Part shown: piece after piece, positions 58,231 through 64,000 of the stretch
Position numbering within the stretch: position 1 is the first letter of the stretch
How the letters are laid out: each line of letters opens with the position of its first letter
DNA from: Octopus vulgaris
Lineage: Eukaryota
Reading direction: 5' to 3'
DNA length: 64,000 nt
NCBI GenBank assembly: GCA_951406725.2
Contig: OX597820.1
Coordinates: 28,520,001-28,584,000 of the forward strand
The notes under the pieces: model-generated
Told to the model about the DNA's origin: nothing
Databases searched by the model: none
Seen by the model: only the letters and a program-made list of their open reading frames with translations
Translations under genes and position numbers: made by a program

Positions 58231-59825
58231 CGGAAGCGATCGCCTCTCGGAGCTAATCCACAACAGCATTCGTCCTATTTCTCTGGACTGCCACTTTAGT
58301 TTGGGAATACACACACACACACACACACATACATATATATGCGTATGAGCGTTTGCTTGTCCGTGAGCTTGTGTGTAATGCAGGATGGTAGAATCAATAT
58401 AATTCTGGACAAAATTGTAGATCGATTTTATTCTTTTTGCGTTTGACAAATTAAATACTGGTTACACACAGTCAATCTAAAGATGGCATTGAGCTGTAGC
58501 AAAAATCTACCGTTATTGTAAGTATATTAAAATAAGCAAAGAACATGTGTGATCTAGTATGCAACTAGCAATTAATTGGCGATTAAGCTGTGGCATGTTT
58601 AGTGACTTTGAAACCGGAGTTGAGATTTAGATCAGATAATAATGATAGAGCATTTTCTACTTACTAAATGCAGAGAGAAATTTTATAAAAGCATAGCATC
58701 GAAAATATTTTACTTGCTTCGAACGTATAAATGTCTTAATTTTCCACACATTTTTGCATGAGAGAAGTGGGGAGCAAACTTTTTGATGGTCGTTAGTTTC
58801 CTTTCGGTGAATCTCCGCGTAAATGCCTGAATTCTAGCAAAGAAAGATAATAAATCTAATTTACGATGTTGTCACCTAAATAAGTAAACAATGTAGCCGA
58901 AGTCATATAAACAGTATGTCTCGTGTGATGGACGATGGAAGACGTCGGTTTTGTTTAACGACTTCCGTTTCTCGTTATTACAAATCGTATACGCAGAGGT
59001 TATTTTTGCATTTATAATAGCGATCTCCGAACAATGTGTTATAGTTACATACACATTCAGTTATGCATGATCACGAATATTAACACACACAGATGAGTTC
59101 TATTTATCTATTTTCACACTTGTGCAAGAGTGCATATTTAAACGACTGTTACATACACATTCATCATTTTATCTGCTGTGAGTAATGTCTTTATTATTAG
59201 CATTTTATTATTACATGATGGAATGCATTCCCAGGTTTCTAAGCTGCCATGGTTTTCCAACAGTGTAACTTACTTCTATATTCCATATTTCTTCAGTATT
59301 ACCATGTTCTATTAGATATAGATCATGTAAACGAACACCAATTAAGGTATTGATAAATAGTATTTAGGAATTAATATTTTACATGTAAGTTATATGACAT
59401 TATAAGAATCAAAGTGAGACTGTAATGAAGAGCCAAGCTCATTGCCCAGATTCGATCTTATTACCGATCTCTTACCGAGTTATTATCTTACCGGCTTGAA
59501 TACTGCACAAATGAGAACACAAATTTTGATTCTATTTTGAATTTACTTGTCTATGTCCACAACTATCACACTGGTTTCATAAATAATTCGACGAGGATTT
59601 AGATCTAAGCATAATAAGTTATTCAATTCGTGTTACTCATTGTATCGATGTTTCGGACGGGAACTGTATCCATGATTATGAACAGTTTTACAAATTGTTG
59701 TGGAAGGATCCTGACCCACGTGACTGAAAGTGAACTAACGCATTTCAATAAAATAAAGAAACTGTCAACTAGTGATACAGTTCATAGCGTTGATCGCCCG
59801 TATTGGTTACTTTCTTAGTTTAATA

Positions 59826-60522
59826 CGAGCAAAACGCCCCCCGTCCAATGGACGGTGCTGAGTTGTCAAACATTTAAACCAAATTTTCTCAAAACAACTT
59901 GTCCGACCCTTTGAGAAACATTGATTTAACCTAAATTTAGACCAACATTTTCTTTAAACAACTTGACCGATGGTCCCATAGGCCTCCCCTTTGAGAAATA
60001 AAGATTTAACCTAAATTGATTTAACCTAAATTTGAGACACCAGCAAAAGAAGAAATAAAGATAGACTTTTTTCTATTCCAAAGAAAAACGATTTTATTCA
60101 CGCAAATACGCAACCGAAAGGTTTAAAGTACCAGTAATGATAAGGCTGTTGACTGGGAGAACACAAACATGGTTTAAACAGAAAGCTTGGCAGGAAAGAA
60201 ACGTTTGAAGAAAATATCTCTTTGGCATATTAATTTTTTCTTCTCTTAAATATAGTGCAGTTTGTGACATTATTTCAAGCCAGCCGGCTTTTTTTTGCAC
60301 AAACTGCACCTGCATTTTTCTCGCGTACGCGTAGTATCGATCGCAACAACTGATGTACTTGCACGTACAAATGCACGTTCCCAAGGCTTTATCGATCGCA
60401 TTCTCACCTGGAATCGATTTTTGTAATTTTTGCATATCAAATTTGAGCGCAATCGGAATGAGGATGCCCGAGATCCTAGGCGACAAACACACTGACAGAC
60501 AGAAGAGATTTTACATAATAGA
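59826..60522 (-). mobile_element. Non-autonomous Helitron, about 700 bp
   Basis: Minus strand A|TCTATTATGTAAAA...(CTGT) 5' end, 3' hairpin CCGTCCA-T-TGGACGG followed by CGTTTTG-CTCG|T, inserted in an A|T site with no TSD. Internal repeats ATTTAACCTAAATTT. Confidence 0.75.
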
Positions 60523-60898
60523 TTATCTATGACTGGAGTAGTACGGAGTGCGTTCTTTACGAACATATTCATCATCGAAAGGTTATTCTAGATAACCATA
60601 TCCAAATATTTATTTGGGTAATGCTATTCTTACATCCGACGTGTACAAGTCACGTCATAACAGAAATGAAGATAAAAAGAATTTTAAATACAAATTACAT
60701 TTAATGATGTAGCCATATTTCTTGATCACAGAAAACACATATCAGTAGGTTCATCGTTTGTCGGGTAGTTGTTTTCTTTCTGCCACAAGAATCATGGTGG
60801 TAACGAATAATAATGTTAGCTATCCATTTTATACTGCTCCAGTATAGGGAATCCGGTTGCAACAACTGTTAATTAAAGTTTAGCATCTAAGACGAAAC

Positions 60899-60930
<32 letters not shown>

Positions 60931-60944
60931 GATATATATATATA

Positions 60945-61346
60945 CTCTGTACTCTTTTACTCTTTTACTGGTTTCAGTCATTTGACTGTGGCCATGCTGG
61001 AGTACCGCCTTTTTTTTAATCGAGCATATCAACCGCAGGACTAATTCTTTGTAAGCCTAGTACTTATTCCATCGGACTCTTTTGCCGAACCGCTAATTTA
61101 CGGGGGCGTAAACACACCAGTATCGGTTGTCAAGCGATGTTGGGGGACAAACACACACACACATACATATATATGCATATATACGACGGGCTTCTTTCAG
61201 TTTCCGTTTACCAAATCTACTCACAAGACTTTGGTCGTCCCCAGACTATAGTTGAACACACTTGCTCAAGGTGCCACACAGTGGGACTGAACTCGGAACC
61301 ATATGGTTCGTAAACAAGCTACTTACCACACAGCCACTCCTACGCC
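60945..61346 (-). mobile_element. tRNA-headed SINE, family A
   Basis: Collinear with 18081-18487. Confidence 0.85.
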
Positions 61347-61783
61347 TATATATATATTCTTTTATTCTATTACTGGTTTTATTTATTTGACTGTGGCCAT
61401 GCTGGAGCACCCCCTTAAAGAGTTTTTTTTAGCGATAGCTGTGGGACAGACACAGAAACAAAAACATACACATAAGTATATGTACACGCACATAAATATA
61501 TACACATATACACAAAGATGTATATAAATATAAGGTGCGGCAGAAAAGTTGTCCCGGTTTCAAAGGTTTTATATATATATATATATAAGTAGTTGAATAA
61601 ATTATCCTAGTATGGATAATTCGGTTAACCGATACCTGGGTAGCAAATTCACGTCAGAAAACACGGTTGAAGCTACATGCCAAGGGCAGAGATCACGTGC
61701 TTTCGTGTGGAAATTTGTGTGTTTTTTTACTATAAATAAATGAAAGAATGGAGTCGAACGACGATTTAACAAAACTCCTTTAT

Positions 61784-61864
61784 TCTCGACATATGTTTCG
61801 AAGACTGCATATTCCTAATTCCGAAGGAATAAGGGGTGCATTATGCCGCCTTCTCATCAGGAAA
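61784..61864 (-). ncRNA. Type I hammerhead ribozyme, canonical core
   Basis: TTTC-CTGATGA-GAAGGCGGCATA...TATGCAGTCTTC-GAAA-CATATG-TC-GAGA: palindromic stem III and a GUC triplet. Confidence 0.85.
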
Positions 61865-61981
61865 GACAAGGAACTTATGTCAGCATCATGACGAACAAAA
61901 AATTTTTAGATGACTGCCCACACGGTGTCCGTAGTGTCGACTCCATTCTTTCATTTATAAATATATATATATATATATATA

Positions 61982-62513
61982 TTGCTAAAGATAAGAGTTA
62001 AACTAACTCAAAGCCCAAAACGTACTGGCTTAAGTGACTGACAGAGTAAGTTAAGTCCCCAGCGTACATAGCCATATCGTGATTTCAGATTTTGATGTAG
62101 ACGATCGTAATCTTCATCAGCAGCTCTTAATGCTAGGGTTAAACGCGAATACTTCTGTCAACCTTATAAGAAAAGCCGTGGAAAAATTGTGTTGATTTCC
62201 AAAACGGTAAAAGTGTAAAAAACAATTTTAGCCTTTAGGTTCTAATTGCTAATAAACCACCCTTTTTCATCGTTGTTTACACTTTTACCATTTTGGACAG
62301 CAGCACTCGTTTTTAACGGTTTTCTTATAAGACTGACAGAGATAATCGAGTTTAACCCAAGGCGTTAAGAGCTGCTGATGAGGACTAAGATGATCTACAT
62401 CACAATTCGAATTTGTGATCCGGCTATGTACGCCGAGGATTTACCTCCCTTTGTCAATCACTTAAGTCAGTGTGTTTCTGGATTTGTTTTAGTTTAACTC
62501 TTAACTTTAGCAA
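61982..62513. repeat. Diverged palindrome, arms about 240 bp, with a hammerhead in each arm
   Basis: TTGCTAAAGATAAGAGTTAAACTAA...GGTAAAAGTGTAAA pairs with TTTACACTTTTACC...TTAGTTTAACTCTTAACTTTAGCAA. Confidence 0.9.
62070..62125 (-). ncRNA. Type I hammerhead ribozyme (mirror copy at 62370-62425 on +, GAAA mutated to GAAT)
   Basis: AGCTG-CTGATGA-AGATT...AATCT-GAAA-TCACGA-TA-TGGCT. Confidence 0.75.
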
Positions 62514-62564
62514 AAGCGGTCAGCACACCCGGTCACTTTTGTGACCTGCATTAATTTTGCCTCC

Positions 62565-62652
<88 letters not shown>

Positions 62653-62741
62653 GAGGGTAAAATTTATTAATAAAATTAATCAATTAATTAACAATTTTAC
62701 CAAGCAGATCGGTACGTTAAAATAACCTTTATAGGTAAAAT

Positions 62742-62862
62742 GATCCACATAATTGTATTAGGGTTCACCTAACTGCTTCACCATATACCCAAATTAGAAA
62801 AAGGAGTTAAAAATCCCTTCCTGCTATTATAATAATCTCCATGACGGTAAACATACTAATTA

Positions 62863-62901
<39 letters not shown>

Positions 62902-63513
62902 GTAAATAAATGGTACAACAAGGCACCGATATTTACTGGAAAGTAATACATTCGTATTGCATTATATATATATATATATATATATGCAATACGAATATAT
63001 TACTTTCCAGTAAATATCGGTGCCTTGTTGTACCATTTATTTACTTTCATATATATATATAATTATAAGTATGGAAGGAGTTTATAAGCCATTTAAGAAA
63101 CACACAAAAGCCGTTCGATTCACTTCAACATTTAAGTTTATTTTGTCAAAATATTTTCGTCGCTAAATTCCGCGACCTGTTCACTGACAAAGTCCGTGCT
63201 GCATCTCAGTGAACAGGTCGCGGAATTTGCGCGAAAATATTTTGACAAAATAAACTTAAATGTTGAAGTGAATCGAACGGCTTTTGTGTGTTTCTTAAAT
63301 GGCTTATAAACACCTTCCACGCTGCAATTGTTTTCGTTTCAGCACACGATCTCAGATCAAATTACTTGCTATGCGAGTACATCTCCGTAATATAATTAGT
63401 ATGTTTACCGTCATGGAGATTATTATAATAGCAGGAAGGGACTTTTAACTCCTTTTTCTAATTTGGGTATGTGGTGAAGCAGTTAGGTGAACCCTAATAC
63501 AATTATGTGGATC
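62742..63513. repeat. Near-perfect inverted repeat (about 62742-62863 and 63391-63513) enclosing two further palindromes (about 62890-63057 and 63073-63318)
   Basis: All three arm pairs were checked by eye as reverse complements with very few mismatches. Confidence 0.92.
63142..63191 (-). ncRNA. Hammerhead-like fold with variant core GUGAACA
   Basis: TTTGTCA-GTGAACA-G-GTCGC GGAATTTA GCGAC-GAAA-ATAT-TT-TGACAAA: perfect 7-bp stem I and 5-bp stem II. Confidence 0.6.
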
Positions 63514-63537
63514 ATATATATGTAGATAGATAGATAT

Positions 63538-63628
<91 letters not shown>

Positions 63629-64000
63629 TTTATTATGGCTGCCCCCTCGTTATCGAGTATGGCCATTGCACGAAGCCTATGTACTTAAATAGATATGTAC
63701 ATATCTATAATGTATGTGTGCATACATATATATCTATATCTATCTATATATGTGTTTGGTTACGTGCGCGCGTGTGTGTGTGTGAGTGTGTGAGAGTGTG
63801 TGTGCATGTGTATGTGTAAGTATACATGTATGCATATATATATATATATGCATGTATGTATGTATTCCAGTGTATGCGTCCTTGTGTGTGTACGTATGCA
63901 TGGAAGTGTGAGTTCTCTGTGACCATAACATACAATAACATGATTATCTGTGTGTCTAAGCGAATATATATTTGTAGTAGTAGTAAAAATAGTTGAGTGA

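Noticed and set aside
60530-60870. piggyBac-like remnant
   Set aside because: Only faint peptide resemblance with no TTAA or TIR. The adjacent 59826-60522 segment is better explained as a Helitron.

Overview
AT-rich eukaryotic (animal) genomic DNA with no recognisable host protein-coding gene. The (TA)n/(TATC)n/(AAT)n microsatellite load and the tRNA-headed SINE families suggest an octopus/coleoid cephalopod; this is inferred from repeat content only. The window is almost entirely transposable elements and simple repeats. It holds one apparently intact RTE-clade LINE ORF (41624-44764, minus), three 5'-truncated Tx1/L1-clade LINEs each embedded in (GATA)n, two R4/Dong-like REL-endonuclease LINE fragments embedded in (AAT)n, CR1/L2-group fragments, four Tc1/mariner relics, a Penelope-like element split by a Helitron, a non-autonomous Helitron, and many SINEs. 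The most unusual signal is a set of minimal type I hammerhead ribozyme folds in Penelope-type LTR units. Several lie in a cluster of long, partly nested palindromes at 61.7-63.5 kb, and one carries a G3:C8 swap of the catalytic C3:G8 pair. Most short ORFs in the supplied track are microsatellite artefacts. All boundaries were read by eye and are approximate.
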